From a virus (lineage: Duplodnaviria; Caudoviricetes): a stretch of 53,846 nucleotides of DNA. Position numbers and translations under genes: made by a program. Location of the stretch: positions 1-53,846 of IMG/VR virus record IMGVR_UViG_3300005253_000102. One strand, written 5' to 3'. Positions 1 through 8,329 of this stretch are shown here, piece by piece. The notes under the pieces are model-generated. The model was given only the letters and a program-made list of their open reading frames with translations. It was not told the origin of the DNA and searched no databases. Position 1 is the first letter of the stretch. Each line of letters starts with the position of its first letter.

Positions 1-265
1 TTCCCATTCTTTCTATAATTTCCCAACATTTCTCATGTCCTAATTCTTGTATATTCTCTTCCATTCTAGTTATACATATATAATTTGCTATTTCATTATA
101 AATTGGTTTTTTTAATTGCTCTAATGCTTCTGTTAGTCCTTCTTCTTCATTATTGGCTATAATCACCATACTATCTAATGTTTTACACCTATAGCAATGA
201 TTATGAAATACCTTACCTTTTTCTTCTCTCATATATCCACATTTTTTACATTTTAATAAAATCAT
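1..265 (-). CDS. hypothetical protein with CxxC pairs (3' end runs off the window)
   Basis: Manual translation MILLKCKKCGYMREEKGKVFHNHCYRCK... is open to position 1; not in the ORF track because it is truncated. Confidence 0.6.
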   Translation of the reverse strand, partial: MILLKCKKCGYMREEKGKVFHNHCYRCKTLDSMVIIANNEEEGLTEALEQLKKPIYNEIANYICITRMEENIQELGHEKCWEIIERMG

Positions 266-303
266 TTTATACCTTTTCTTTCTTTAGGTTTATGCAAATT
301 AAT

Positions 304-558
304 TTATTTAATAACAGACACTATTTCTTTGCGTATCTCTTTTAATGTTTTTTCTTCAATATCCTTTCTATATCTTTCTACTTCTATTATTACCCCACTT
401 CTTGCTCCCATTGGACACTTAATAGCTTGAACATATCCTAAATTAAAAATTTTAGTATCTATTTTTTTCTTTTTTTCAGATGAAAATTTTTCAAGTCTTT
501 TTAGGTCTATATAGAATATAAAACCTACTAAATCTTTTGGTATATCTTTTATTTTCAT
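304..558 (-). CDS. hypothetical protein
   Basis: 84-aa ORF with a GAGG RBS upstream, co-oriented with its neighbours. Confidence 0.65.
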   Translation of the reverse strand: MKIKDIPKDLVGFIFYIDLKRLEKFSSEKKKKIDTKIFNLGYVQAIKCPMGARSGVIIEVERYRKDIEEKTLKEIRKEIVSVIK

Positions 559-694
559 TGTTTATCCTCTCTTTTATGTATGAATATTTTAATTACAGTT
601 TCATCTTTTAATAATTCTATAACTTTTTTTATATAATTATCTTTATCTATTATAAGCCTTTGTAATTTATTATTTTGTTCATAATTAATATATA

Positions 695-1165
695 TCATCT
701 TTTTACCCTTTTCCATATATCAATCCACCTACATTTTTCTTCATTAGCAAAATTAATGGCTCTTTTTTCTAATGGAATACTATTATGGTAATTTATATTA
801 GAAAAATATAATTTATTATCCACCATGCTTCGTTCTAAGTCTAATTTTTCAGGGTCATCTTGCCATTCTATTGCATGTTTTATTTCATGTAATAAAGCGC
901 CTATAAGATATTCCTCTTTATTTATAGGTATATTTCTATTAAATTTCTCCAAATATATTTTGGTAATATGAAAATGCCTGTCAGCAGTGGTAATACTAAT
1001 AATATTATCTATTGAATGAAAGTATTGCCCAGAGTATTCTATTTTTAATTGAGTAGAAAGCCCATAATTAAATTGATAATGAGTAAAAATCTCTCTTAAA
1101 TAATTTATAATTGCACTATCTTTACCAATTGCTATAATTTTAGTCCTATTCATTGTTACATACAT
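695..1165 (-). CDS. putative HExxH zinc metallopeptidase-like protein
   Basis: LLHEIKHAIE...PLEKRAINFA motif. Start moved to ATG 1165, which follows an AAGGAG RBS. Confidence 0.6.
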   Translation of the reverse strand: MYVTMNRTKIIAIGKDSAIINYLREIFTHYQFNYGLSTQLKIEYSGQYFHSIDNIISITTADRHFHITKIYLEKFNRNIPINKEEYLIGALLHEIKHAIEWQDDPEKLDLERSMVDNKLYFSNINYHNSIPLEKRAINFANEEKCRWIDIWKRVKR

Positions 1166-1329
1166 TATATTATCTCCTTTATATTGTAGGAACAAAGCCA
1201 CCCATTGCCTACATTGCCACCAAAATAGTCTACTCCGTCCCAAATAGCATATAATTTGTTATTTTCTATTTTTAATTTTATATTCCAACTATTACCTTCT
1301 TCATCAATCAAAGTATGTTCATTATTCAT
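1165..1329 (-). CDS. hypothetical protein
   Basis: ORF MNNEHTL... with a GGGGT RBS, coupled to its neighbours. Confidence 0.5.
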   Translation of the reverse strand: MNNEHTLIDEEGNSWNIKLKIENNKLYAIWDGVDYFGGNVGNGWLCSYNIKEII

Positions 1330-1598
1330 AATAACCCCTTTCTTTCTAATCTGGTTCTCCAATTACTATTCCCACTTTTACAAACTAAGCATATATAATT
1401 ATCTTTCATATTATCAGTCCAGTTATCTTTATTATTTACTCTTATATGATATTCTTCTTTACATTTAATACAAACTAAATTTACAAATTGCCTTCTAGTA
1501 GATATACCTGCTTCTTCTTTTACTTTTTTAGCATATTCTCTTAATTCTTTACTATTCTTTTTGCTCTTAGATTTTGTTTTATATTTTTTACGTTTCAT
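1326..1598 (-). CDS. basic zinc-ribbon hypothetical protein
   Basis: Two CxxC motifs (CIKC, CLVC) and a Lys-rich N-terminus. Confidence 0.6.
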   Translation of the reverse strand: MKRKKYKTKSKSKKNSKELREYAKKVKEEAGISTRRQFVNLVCIKCKEEYHIRVNNKDNWTDNMKDNYICLVCKSGNSNWRTRLERKGLL

Positions 1599-1820
1599 AT
1601 TATCCTTATATATCCATTAAATATTCATCTGTTCTACAATTTTTACAGCCTTTAAAATATGTATTTTCTTTTATTTTTTCGTAATATCCTTCATTTATAA
1701 GTTTTAAACCCTCTTCTATACCTTCCCAACCACAACCATTACATCTTACTGTATTTTTAGTTACCATTGTATTATCTCCTCTATTATAAGTATACCATAT
1801 CTTTTATGTTTTGGCACAAG

Positions 1821-1985
1821 TTATTTTTCTTCTTTTATTTTTAAACTGTTTATACACCAACCAAATTTGTCAGATAAAGCGTCAACAACTTCATCAAAAC
1901 TTTCTACTTCTACTATTGTCTTTTTAGGTAGTTTAGTCTTTAATCCGTCAGTATCCCAATCAATATCAAAACACGTTACTTTCAT
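1821..1985 (-). CDS. small phage protein (54 aa, below the ORF-track cutoff)
   Basis: Manual translation MKVTCFDIDWDTDGLKTKLPKKTIVEVESFDEVVDALSDKFGWCINSLKIKEEK, with a GGGGGA RBS. Confidence 0.6.
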   Translation of the reverse strand: MKVTCFDIDWDTDGLKTKLPKKTIVEVESFDEVVDALSDKFGWCINSLKIKEEK

Positions 1986-2137
1986 ATTATCCCCCTTGTG
2001 TAAAATTATTATTTCTTTCTATATCATCTAATAAAACCTTAGCATAAGGCAACCTATTTACTTCTCCTTTATTAGTGCTATGATAATAAGCTTTACCTAA
2101 TCTATTTGCTTTACGTTTCCGTTCCTCTAGTCTTATC

Positions 2138-2344
2138 TTATAAGTTTTTCCCATAATTATTTACTCTCCTTTTTTCAATAATACAATTAAAACATATAAC
2201 ACCTTGAAAAGTTTCTTCTGAATGTCCTCTGAATAATACAAAATAATCTTCGTATGCGTATTCATCATAATCAATCTTTTTACCACATAATAAGCACTTG
2301 TTTTTAAGAGATAAGTCCTTACTTGATACCTTGTAATTATTCAT
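2138..2344 (-). CDS. zinc-finger hypothetical protein
   Basis: CLLC...CFNC motifs; ATG 2344 follows AGGAGG. Confidence 0.55.
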   Translation of the reverse strand: MNNYKVSSKDLSLKNKCLLCGKKIDYDEYAYEDYFVLFRGHSEETFQGVICFNCIIEKRRVNNYGKNL

Positions 2345-2673
2345 TTGTTCCTCCTTTTTTATGTTCATCACAATATTTAATTCCGTCTGCATTAAAACTT
2401 TGTTCTTTCCATATAGGTATAATTACACCCTTTTTAGCTAATTCTCTAAAAGTAATTAAGTCAAATTTCTCTTTCCGTTTACAAATTGGGCATATAGTAG
2501 TATACATATTAATTTATATTTTTTATTTCAAAATGTTCAGACTGTAATACATCACTGCTATTATAAATTTCATTAAATGCTAAATCTTTATAATATTGGT
2601 CATTTTTTAATTCTTTTGCTTCTTCATATCTAAATCTAATTATAACCTCTTTCATAATTAATCCCTCCTTTTA

Positions 2674-2859
2674 TTATACATAATTATCTAAATCTCCATA
2701 TTTATCAATATATTTTCTCTTTAATCGTTCTAATGTTATAGGATTATACTCTATATATCTATTGCAATACAAAGCAAGTAAATCTTCTGCCTGGTTTTGT
2801 TTGTTAGGGATTTTTTCCAATTCCTCAATATCTTGCCACATATTAATATCATTTGCCAT
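2674..2859 (-). CDS. hypothetical protein
   Basis: ATG 2859 follows an AGGAGG RBS. Confidence 0.55.
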   Translation of the reverse strand: MANDINMWQDIEELEKIPNKQNQAEDLLALYCNRYIEYNPITLERLKRKYIDKYGDLDNYV

Positions 2860-2877
2860 AATCAAAATCCTCCTATA

Positions 2878-3042
2878 TTATGCTTCTTTATCTCCTCCTG
2901 CAACATCTAAGACAATATCTCCTTTATCATCAGTATTAATGCCTGAAAAATCCCAATAAGTAAAATCTGTTCCTAACCATACTATTGCATTTTTATTTAT
3001 TCCCTCTTGCTGTAAATATTTAATTAAGTCTTTTACTTTCAT
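2878..3042 (-). CDS. small phage protein (54 aa)
   Basis: Manual translation MKVKDLIKYLQQEGINKNAIVWLG..., with an AGGAG RBS. Confidence 0.55.
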   Translation of the reverse strand: MKVKDLIKYLQQEGINKNAIVWLGTDFTYWDFSGINTDDKGDIVLDVAGGDKEA

Positions 3043-3151
3043 AATAATTTTCTCCTAATATAGTTATATTTCACTTGCCAATGTCTCTAAACTGCTTTCA
3101 TATTCATAAAAACCACATACTATATCATAGTCGACTTTATCAATAATTATA

Positions 3152-3523
3152 TTACACCCCCTTTATTGTTTTAGATATATATTTTATAGGTATAAATAAA
3201 TTTACTACTTCATATCCTAAATTATATATCACACCATTATATTTATTTTTTAAAAATCTCAATAAATCAGATATATTTTTATATTTTTTTTTGTAATTAT
3301 ATTTGTCTATTTTTAAATCGTATAACCTGGCTTTATTTATGCTTATTATATATTTATATTGGCAATTTTTAAACCTATACTCAGGGATATATTCAGAAGT
3401 AAAGAAAAAACTTCTAGCTAAATTAGATATATTTTTATCATTTTTAGAATATAAATTTGCACTAAAAAATTCAGGTTCAATTTTATTTTTGATATTTATA
3501 TTGCTATAATGATATATATACAT
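3152..3523 (-). CDS. hypothetical protein
   Basis: 123-aa ORF in the leftward operon. Confidence 0.6.
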   Translation of the reverse strand: MYIYHYSNINIKNKIEPEFFSANLYSKNDKNISNLARSFFFTSEYIPEYRFKNCQYKYIISINKARLYDLKIDKYNYKKKYKNISDLLRFLKNKYNGVIYNLGYEVVNLFIPIKYISKTIKGV

Positions 3524-3527
3524 AATT

Positions 3528-4166
3528 TTATCCTTTATTTATTTTTGTTAGTTTATCCCTATTATACCCTAAATTGTAATCAATAGCCCCCAATAAATCA
3601 ATTTCATGTTTTCCTATATCAATCCAAGAATTAGCTCCCCAAGACCCAAGTCTAAAGCAATTATTAGCATAGGTTTCTATATTCCATAAATTTTTGTCAA
3701 TAGTAAATGTATATAACTTTAAATTTTTGTAATTTAATTCTATATGTTTAATTTTAAATAACCTTGCCAACGCTTTTAATTTTTTATTTTTAATAATATG
3801 AATACTATATAAATCTTGTTTTTCTAAATAATAACACTCTTCACAAAAAAATTCATCATTTAATATATTTATTTTATCTCTATATTCATAATCGTTGCAT
3901 TCATCGCAATAAGAAAAACTATCATCTATACACTTCTCGCATAATATATCCCCTTTTACTTCTCTTAAATCTATTTCAGGATATAAATCATTACAATACT
4001 CGCAAGCTTTACCCTCTAAAATTATACCATTTATAATTTGTATAATTTTAATTTCCGATAATTGTATTTTATTGCCTATTTTTAATATTCTATCATTCAA
4101 TCTAAATTTTATTTTATCCCTTAAATCCCTTATTTCATGCCTGGCTTTCAGTTTTTCATATAACAT
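3528..4166 (-). CDS. hypothetical protein with repeated CxxC zinc-binding units
   Basis: CEYC/CEKC/CDEC/CEEC arranged as two repeats. Confidence 0.65.
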   Translation of the reverse strand: MLYEKLKARHEIRDLRDKIKFRLNDRILKIGNKIQLSEIKIIQIINGIILEGKACEYCNDLYPEIDLREVKGDILCEKCIDDSFSYCDECNDYEYRDKINILNDEFFCEECYYLEKQDLYSIHIIKNKKLKALARLFKIKHIELNYKNLKLYTFTIDKNLWNIETYANNCFRLGSWGANSWIDIGKHEIDLLGAIDYNLGYNRDKLTKINKG

Positions 4167-4176
4167 ATTGCACCCC

Positions 4177-4635
4177 CTATTTTAATATTAATTTATATTT
4201 TTCAGTATATTTGCCATTATTATTTTTTGTGCTACAAGTAATACAACTATAATTTCTCTTTAATATTCTATTGTAGGTATAGGTTTCTTTACATATAGGA
4301 CAAATATATATTCGTTTTCCTTTAGGTCTATTTATTATACTAGAATCTACAAATCTTGAATCATTACAACCTACAATTTTACAAATAACTTTCCAGTATT
4401 GACCATGCCCTGCTGTATACCCTGCTATAATATGGGCTACTTCATGCTTTATGGTATTAAGTATAATAGCTTCATTATTTAATTCTGTAAATTCTTTAGA
4501 TAAAGTTATTTTTTTAGTTTTCCAATGGCAACACCCCAACCTTTTTTTAGCCCTATCAATTTCAATATTCCAATCAAAAATATTATGTTGTTTTAATATT
4601 TGCTTTCCTATTATTAAAGCCTGGTCTGTATTCAT
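4177..4635 (-). CDS. SprT-like zinc metalloprotease
   Basis: KRLGCC...ITLS...TIKHEVAH...GHGQYWK followed by a C-terminal CPIC/CITC zinc ribbon. Confidence 0.85.
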   Translation of the reverse strand: MNTDQALIIGKQILKQHNIFDWNIEIDRAKKRLGCCHWKTKKITLSKEFTELNNEAIILNTIKHEVAHIIAGYTAGHGQYWKVICKIVGCNDSRFVDSSIINRPKGKRIYICPICKETYTYNRILKRNYSCITCSTKNNNGKYTEKYKLILK

Positions 4636-4665
4636 TTTTGTATTCCCCCTTCTAATTTAAGTATA

Positions 4666-5058
4666 TCATATATTTAAAAAATTACAAGGGCAAAAACTAA
4701 AAAAGATGATTTTTTTATTCAGTAGTTTTTTAAATTGTTCTTTTCGACAATTTAATGAAAGTGTACGACGAGACTCGACCCCTGCAAAGGGACTTTCGAT
4801 GGATAAGCGATTTATAGCTTGTGCTGTTATAATATACTGTTTAAGGTCTGCATTAGTCATATCATTAATTGTAAAGGCACGTGCAATTCTGAAAGATTCT
4901 TTTTTAAAGGTATTATCCTCTCTATAATTTTCTTTGACAAAATAATACGCTGCTTTCATTAGTATTTTAGGATTGGATGTGTTTTGAACTATTTCATGTA
5001 ATAGTGAAAGGTTAATTGTACCAAGGGCAAATTGTATAAAAATTTCTTTATCAGTCAT
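4666..5058 (-). CDS. QxALG-tag protein, helical-repeat-like
   Basis: N-terminal TDKEIFIQFALGT; similar to the C-terminal domain of the adjacent NADAR fusion. Confidence 0.7.
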   Translation of the reverse strand: MTDKEIFIQFALGTINLSLLHEIVQNTSNPKILMKAAYYFVKENYREDNTFKKESFRIARAFTINDMTNADLKQYIITAQAINRLSIESPFAGVESRRTLSLNCRKEQFKKLLNKKIIFFSFCPCNFLNI

Positions 5059-5095
5059 GATACTTGTACATTAGTTAGTGATAAATAGTTTACAT

Positions 5096-5893
5096 TTAAT
5101 CTTCAAATAGGAGAGAATGAATACGGTCGAGATCACGCTGTAGTGGTTCTTTTGCTACATTGTAGTAGTGACTGGCTCCCATTGTTAATTTATTACGTTT
5201 ACAATTTTCAAGACTTTTTATCTGTCTGGCCAACATAACATATTCTTTGACTAATGGAGGAGTATTTTCGTTAGTTATAAATGTATTTAATATTATATCA
5301 GCATATGCTTCATCCGCTACAGCACCATCAGATTCTACTTTAATTCCAACGAAGTATTTTGCAGTCGCCGTAAGTACAGATGGATCTTTTGATGAATGTA
5401 TAAGTGCTGCTAGATCGTATGGGTCGAACGTGCCAAGGGCGAGTTGGACTAAAAGTTCGGTGGAGGACATTTGATTGTATTCTAGGCTGTCACGGATGCT
5501 CATTAGGATTATGCCTAAGTTATTTAGGCCTTGACCTTTGCAGATGCCCCAGTAACGGTCGTTCCAATTATTGCCTTCGATTAGTTCAGCTGGCGCGGTG
5601 TTCATTAATTTTTGGCCTAGTTCAGGGTCTTTAAATTTGACTTCGAGAATTTTCTTCATGATGTCGAGTTTGATATCGTTCCAGTCACCTCTTATTTTTA
5701 GTTTTCGACCAGCGCGTTTGGCTTGTCCTGGATCTTTGAGCTTTGCGATTTCACACTGGTCCATTTGCCTTAAACTTTTCTGAGCCTGGAAGGCGTGTTC
5801 AGTAGATGGGTAGGTTCTTCCGTTGTAGTTTATGTTACAAAGAAAAAAGTTGGACAGGAATCTGTATTCCCCTTGGAATGAATCAATCTTCAT
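5096..5893 (-). CDS. NADAR (YbiA-like) family protein fused to a QxALG-tag helical domain
   Basis: FLSNFF, YPSTEHAFQAQK, AKRAGR, LIEGNNWNDRYWG, GLNNLGIILMSIR; about 120 extra aa starting MSSTELLVQLALGT. Confidence 0.9.
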   Translation of the reverse strand: MKIDSFQGEYRFLSNFFLCNINYNGRTYPSTEHAFQAQKSLRQMDQCEIAKLKDPGQAKRAGRKLKIRGDWNDIKLDIMKKILEVKFKDPELGQKLMNTAPAELIEGNNWNDRYWGICKGQGLNNLGIILMSIRDSLEYNQMSSTELLVQLALGTFDPYDLAALIHSSKDPSVLTATAKYFVGIKVESDGAVADEAYADIILNTFITNENTPPLVKEYVMLARQIKSLENCKRNKLTMGASHYYNVAKEPLQRDLDRIHSLLFED

Positions 5894-6350
5894 CGTTGTT
5901 GAATAATATAAGGTTTACTCCAACTTTTTCAAGTAGCCGCCTTGCTACTAAATGAAATTCGTCAGGTCTCCATGAGGCGTCAAATATGACAGTTTCGATG
6001 CCCGTTTGGATAATTGCTTTGGCACATTCGTTACAAGGAGCAAGTGTGCAAAACATAGTTGCGCCTTTGAGTTGTGACGGGTCGATCGTATTAAGGATGG
6101 CGTTAAGTTCAGCATGGACGACAAATGCGTATTTGGAATGAAGAAAATCTCCATCCCTAGTCCAGGGAAACATTAGATCGTCATCGTCAGGAATTCCGTT
6201 AGGCATTCCATTGTAACCTACACCTATAACCTTGTTATTCTTGACGATACAGGCGCCGCATTGTGTACTGGGATCTTTTGACCGTTGGGCTGCCAGCTTG
6301 GCGATACCCATAAAAAGCTCATTCCAACTGATGTAATCTTTTCGTTTCAC
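5883..6350 (-). CDS. dCMP deaminase (ComEB-like)
   Basis: RSKDPSTQCGACIV, GYNG, VVHAELNAI, PCNECAK motifs; AAGGAG RBS. Confidence 0.93.
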   Translation of the reverse strand: MKRKDYISWNELFMGIAKLAAQRSKDPSTQCGACIVKNNKVIGVGYNGMPNGIPDDDDLMFPWTRDGDFLHSKYAFVVHAELNAILNTIDPSQLKGATMFCTLAPCNECAKAIIQTGIETVIFDASWRPDEFHLVARRLLEKVGVNLILFNNDED

Positions 6351-6379
6351 TATATTTATACTCCTTTAAATCTATGCTT

Positions 6380-6408
6380 ATTATACACTGGTCGAGCCTG
6401 AAAAGTTC
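6380..6408 (-). promoter_or_regulatory. putative leftward promoter
   Basis: Minus strand reads GAACTT-N15-TG-TATAAT, the same architecture as the promoters at 8580, 10333 and 11692. Confidence 0.6.
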
Positions 6409-6496
6409 CTAAAGGTTTTTAAGCCTACAATATTTTTCAAGTAAATTCAATCAGCCATATGCAGAGTGCTTTCACGGAACTATTTTATAATCGATG

Positions 6497-6624
6497 GAAT
6501 AGTACGCAGATAGGATTCGTCAGAAAGCCCTGAGCATATTCCTGCTTGAATAGGCTTGTGATGTTGTTTAAGCCTAAAGAAAATTTTGAACTTATCTGGA
6601 ATCCTATGTGGTATAAAAGTATTC
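6497..6624 (+). ncRNA. putative multi-helix structured RNA
   Basis: ATAGGATTC/GAATCCTAT closing stem enclosing TGAGCA/TGCTTG and TAGGCTTG/TAAGCCTA hairpins; intergenic, downstream of a GAACTAT motif. Confidence 0.45.
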
Positions 6625-6671
6625 ACAGGCAACTTATATGATTCGACCAACTTAATCTCGGGAGAAGCGAC

Positions 6672-6917
6672 ATGAGACATTTTAAGGGTAAACTAATTCT
6701 CATAGGTGATCGTCCTTCAACACCTACGCGTAAATTTTGGGATCTTATGGGATGGTGTAAAAAATGTGGCGGTGAACTTAAAGAAGATCAAGAATATCAA
6801 GAAGATCAAGAAGATGAAACACGGGCACCACGTAGTCGTCATGTAACACGTACAAAAAACGCATGCACACGTTGTGGCCACATAGATGTGAGTAGAAGAA
6901 AAAATCGTAGAAGTTAG
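6672..6917 (+). CDS. zinc-ribbon hypothetical protein
   Basis: CKKC...CTRC motifs, GGAG RBS, internal 9-nt tandem repeat encoding EDQ. Confidence 0.55.
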   Translation: MRHFKGKLILIGDRPSTPTRKFWDLMGWCKKCGGELKEDQEYQEDQEDETRAPRSRHVTRTKNACTRCGHIDVSRRKNRRS

Positions 6918-6990
6918 ATGAAAATATTTGGACCTTTCTTTTTATGTGAAGGGTACTATAATATAACAAAGTAAATACACATAAGTGCAT

Positions 6991-7236
6991 AACACGCCTT
7001 TAGATGGTGGAGACAATGAGACTTCGATTTAATAAGAAAACAAGATTACATACGGTACAGCGAGGTACCAGTATGGGATCGTGTAGTTATCGAGTCTTGT
7101 GGCCCGTCTCTTTACCGTCACCAACACCCCTCGATAATATTATACGATAAACTTTCTGCGGGACAGAAACTAAGAGTTCCGGCTCTTCAACGGTTTTCAC
7201 TTGTCCCGTGTGAGGTGAGGTGAGCGTATGCGTGTT
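6991..7236 (+). ncRNA. putative ~250-nt two-arm structured RNA at the head of the tRNA array
   Basis: Terminal stem AACACGC/GCGTGTT encloses two long interrupted hairpins; no long ORF; promoter-like sequence at 6930-6962. Confidence 0.55.
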
Positions 7237-7250
7237 GATTTTGAAGATTT

Positions 7251-7325
7251 GGCGGGTGGCAGGTCTGGGTACCTAATGGGTCTCATAAGCCTATTATTTG
7301 CAGGGTTCGATTCCCTGACCCGCTA
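7251..7325 (+). tRNA. tRNA with CAT anticodon (Met/fMet/Ile2 unresolved)
   Basis: GGCGGGT/ACCCGCT acceptor, TGGGT-CTCATAA-GCCTA anticodon arm, CAGGG-TTCGATT-CCCTG T arm. Confidence 0.85.
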
Positions 7326-7333
7326 TTAAATAC

Positions 7334-7409
7334 CTGGGTGTAGCTCAGTGGCCAGAGTTCTCGGCCTGGACCCGAGATGCCGAAGGTTCGACTCCTTCCA
7401 CCCAGACCA
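7334..7409 (+). tRNA. tRNA-Pro(TGG)
   Basis: Full cloverleaf, loop CC-TGG-AC, encoded CCA. Confidence 0.88.
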
Positions 7410-7415
7410 TTTTAT

Positions 7416-7489
7416 AGCCCGGTGATGGAATTGGTATACATGCTGGTTTCAAAAGCCAGATTTTGAGAGTTCGAATCTCTCCTGCGCCA
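7416..7489 (+). tRNA. tRNA-Leu(CAA), short variable loop, weak acceptor stem
   Basis: CTGGT-TTCAAAA-GCCAG and GAGAG-TTCGAAT-CTCTC arms; two acceptor mismatches, so possibly degenerate. Confidence 0.7.
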
Positions 7490-7501
7490 TGTATAAAATA
7501 T

Positions 7502-7576
7502 GGGTGGCAATGTTCCAAGGCGGCGACAAGGTCTCCAAAACCTCGTGGCTAGGTTCGATTCCTAGGCTGCTCGCCA
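7502..7576 (+). tRNA. tRNA-Trp(CCA)
   Basis: Loop CT-CCA-AA, T arm CTAGG-TTCGATT-CCTAG, encoded CCA. Confidence 0.88.
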
Positions 7577-7583
7577 AAAATTA

Positions 7584-7662
7584 GGAGCGGTAGTGTAAGT
7601 GTGCATCGCCGGGGTTAAACCCGGAGGACTAGAGTATTCCAGCAACTTTAGTCGCTCCGCCA
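7584..7662 (+). ncRNA. aberrant tRNA-like RNA (6-nt anticodon loop, expanded T loop)
   Basis: GGAGCGG/TCGCTCC-G-CCA acceptor, CCGGG-GTTAAA-CCCGG arm, CTAGAG-TATTCCAGCAA-CTTTAG arm. Confidence 0.65.
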
Positions 7663-7668
7663 AAATTT

Positions 7669-7743
7669 GGGCCTGTGGTGGAACTGGCATACACAATCGG
7701 TTTAAGCCCGATTATTTTGAAGGTTCGAATCCTTCCAGGCCTA
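7669..7743 (+). tRNA. tRNA-Leu(TAA), short variable loop
   Basis: GGGCCTG/CAGGCCT acceptor, ATCGG-TTTAAGC-CCGAT, GAAGG-TTCGAAT-CCTTC. Confidence 0.87.
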
Positions 7744-7750
7744 TGTATAT

Positions 7751-7825
7751 GCCTCTGTAGTCCAATGGATAGGGCACTCGGCTACGAACCGAGCAATATA
7801 GGTTCGACTCCTATCAGAGGTACCA
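7751..7825 (+). tRNA. tRNA-Arg(ACG)
   Basis: CTCGG-CTACGAA-CCGAG anticodon arm, encoded CCA. Confidence 0.92.
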
Positions 7826-7831
7826 AATAAC

Positions 7832-7903
7832 TGGGCAGTAACTCAGTGGTAGAGGACCTGTCTTATATACAGGTAGTCGTTGGTTCGATCCCAACCTGCC
7901 CAA
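7832..7903 (+). tRNA. tRNA-Ile(TAT)
   Basis: TGGGCAG/CTGCCCA acceptor, CCTGT-CTTATAT-ACAGG anticodon arm. Confidence 0.87.
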
Positions 7904-7912
7904 TTAAATTAT

Positions 7913-8001
7913 GGAGGGTCGCAAGGCTGGCGTGCTTATCGGTCCTGAAAACCGTGATGGGTTAATAGCCTGTGTGGGTTCGATCCCTACACCCTCCGCC
8001 A
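7913..8001 (+). tRNA. tRNA-Ser(TGA)
   Basis: GGAGGGT/ACCCTCC-G-CCA, loop CC-TGA-AA, long variable arm. Confidence 0.87.
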
Positions 8002-8170
8002 AAATGCGCAACGCAAAATAGGTACATTTTTCGTTGAAAAAATGAAGAAAAAACCGGGTATTTTTCTTCAAAAAATTCTGTATAGTAATATGTAACCGTT
8101 AAGGTTATAAAGAAATAGGGTAACATCAAATGCGAAAACGAAAACTAAAGAGATGCAGGAAGCCTTACGA

Positions 8171-8243
8171 GGGTCCCTAGTCTAATTGGAAAGGCACCGG
8201 TCTTCTAAACCGGTAAAATCTGAGTTCGAGTCTCAGGGACCTA
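8171..8243 (+). tRNA. tRNA-Arg(TCT)
   Basis: CCGGT-CTTCTAA-ACCGG and CTGAG-TTCGAGT-CTCAG; the acceptor/T junction appears 1 nt short. Confidence 0.8.
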
Positions 8244-8247
8244 TAAT

Positions 8248-8319
8248 GGGCCGCTGGCGCAATGGTAGCGCAGTGGACTTTTAATCCATTGGTTCCGAGT
8301 TCGACTCTCGGGCGGCCTA
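8248..8319 (+). tRNA. tRNA-Lys(TTT)
   Basis: GTGGA-CTTTTAA-TCCAT, canonical cloverleaf. Confidence 0.92.
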
Positions 8320-8329
8320 TAAAAATTAC

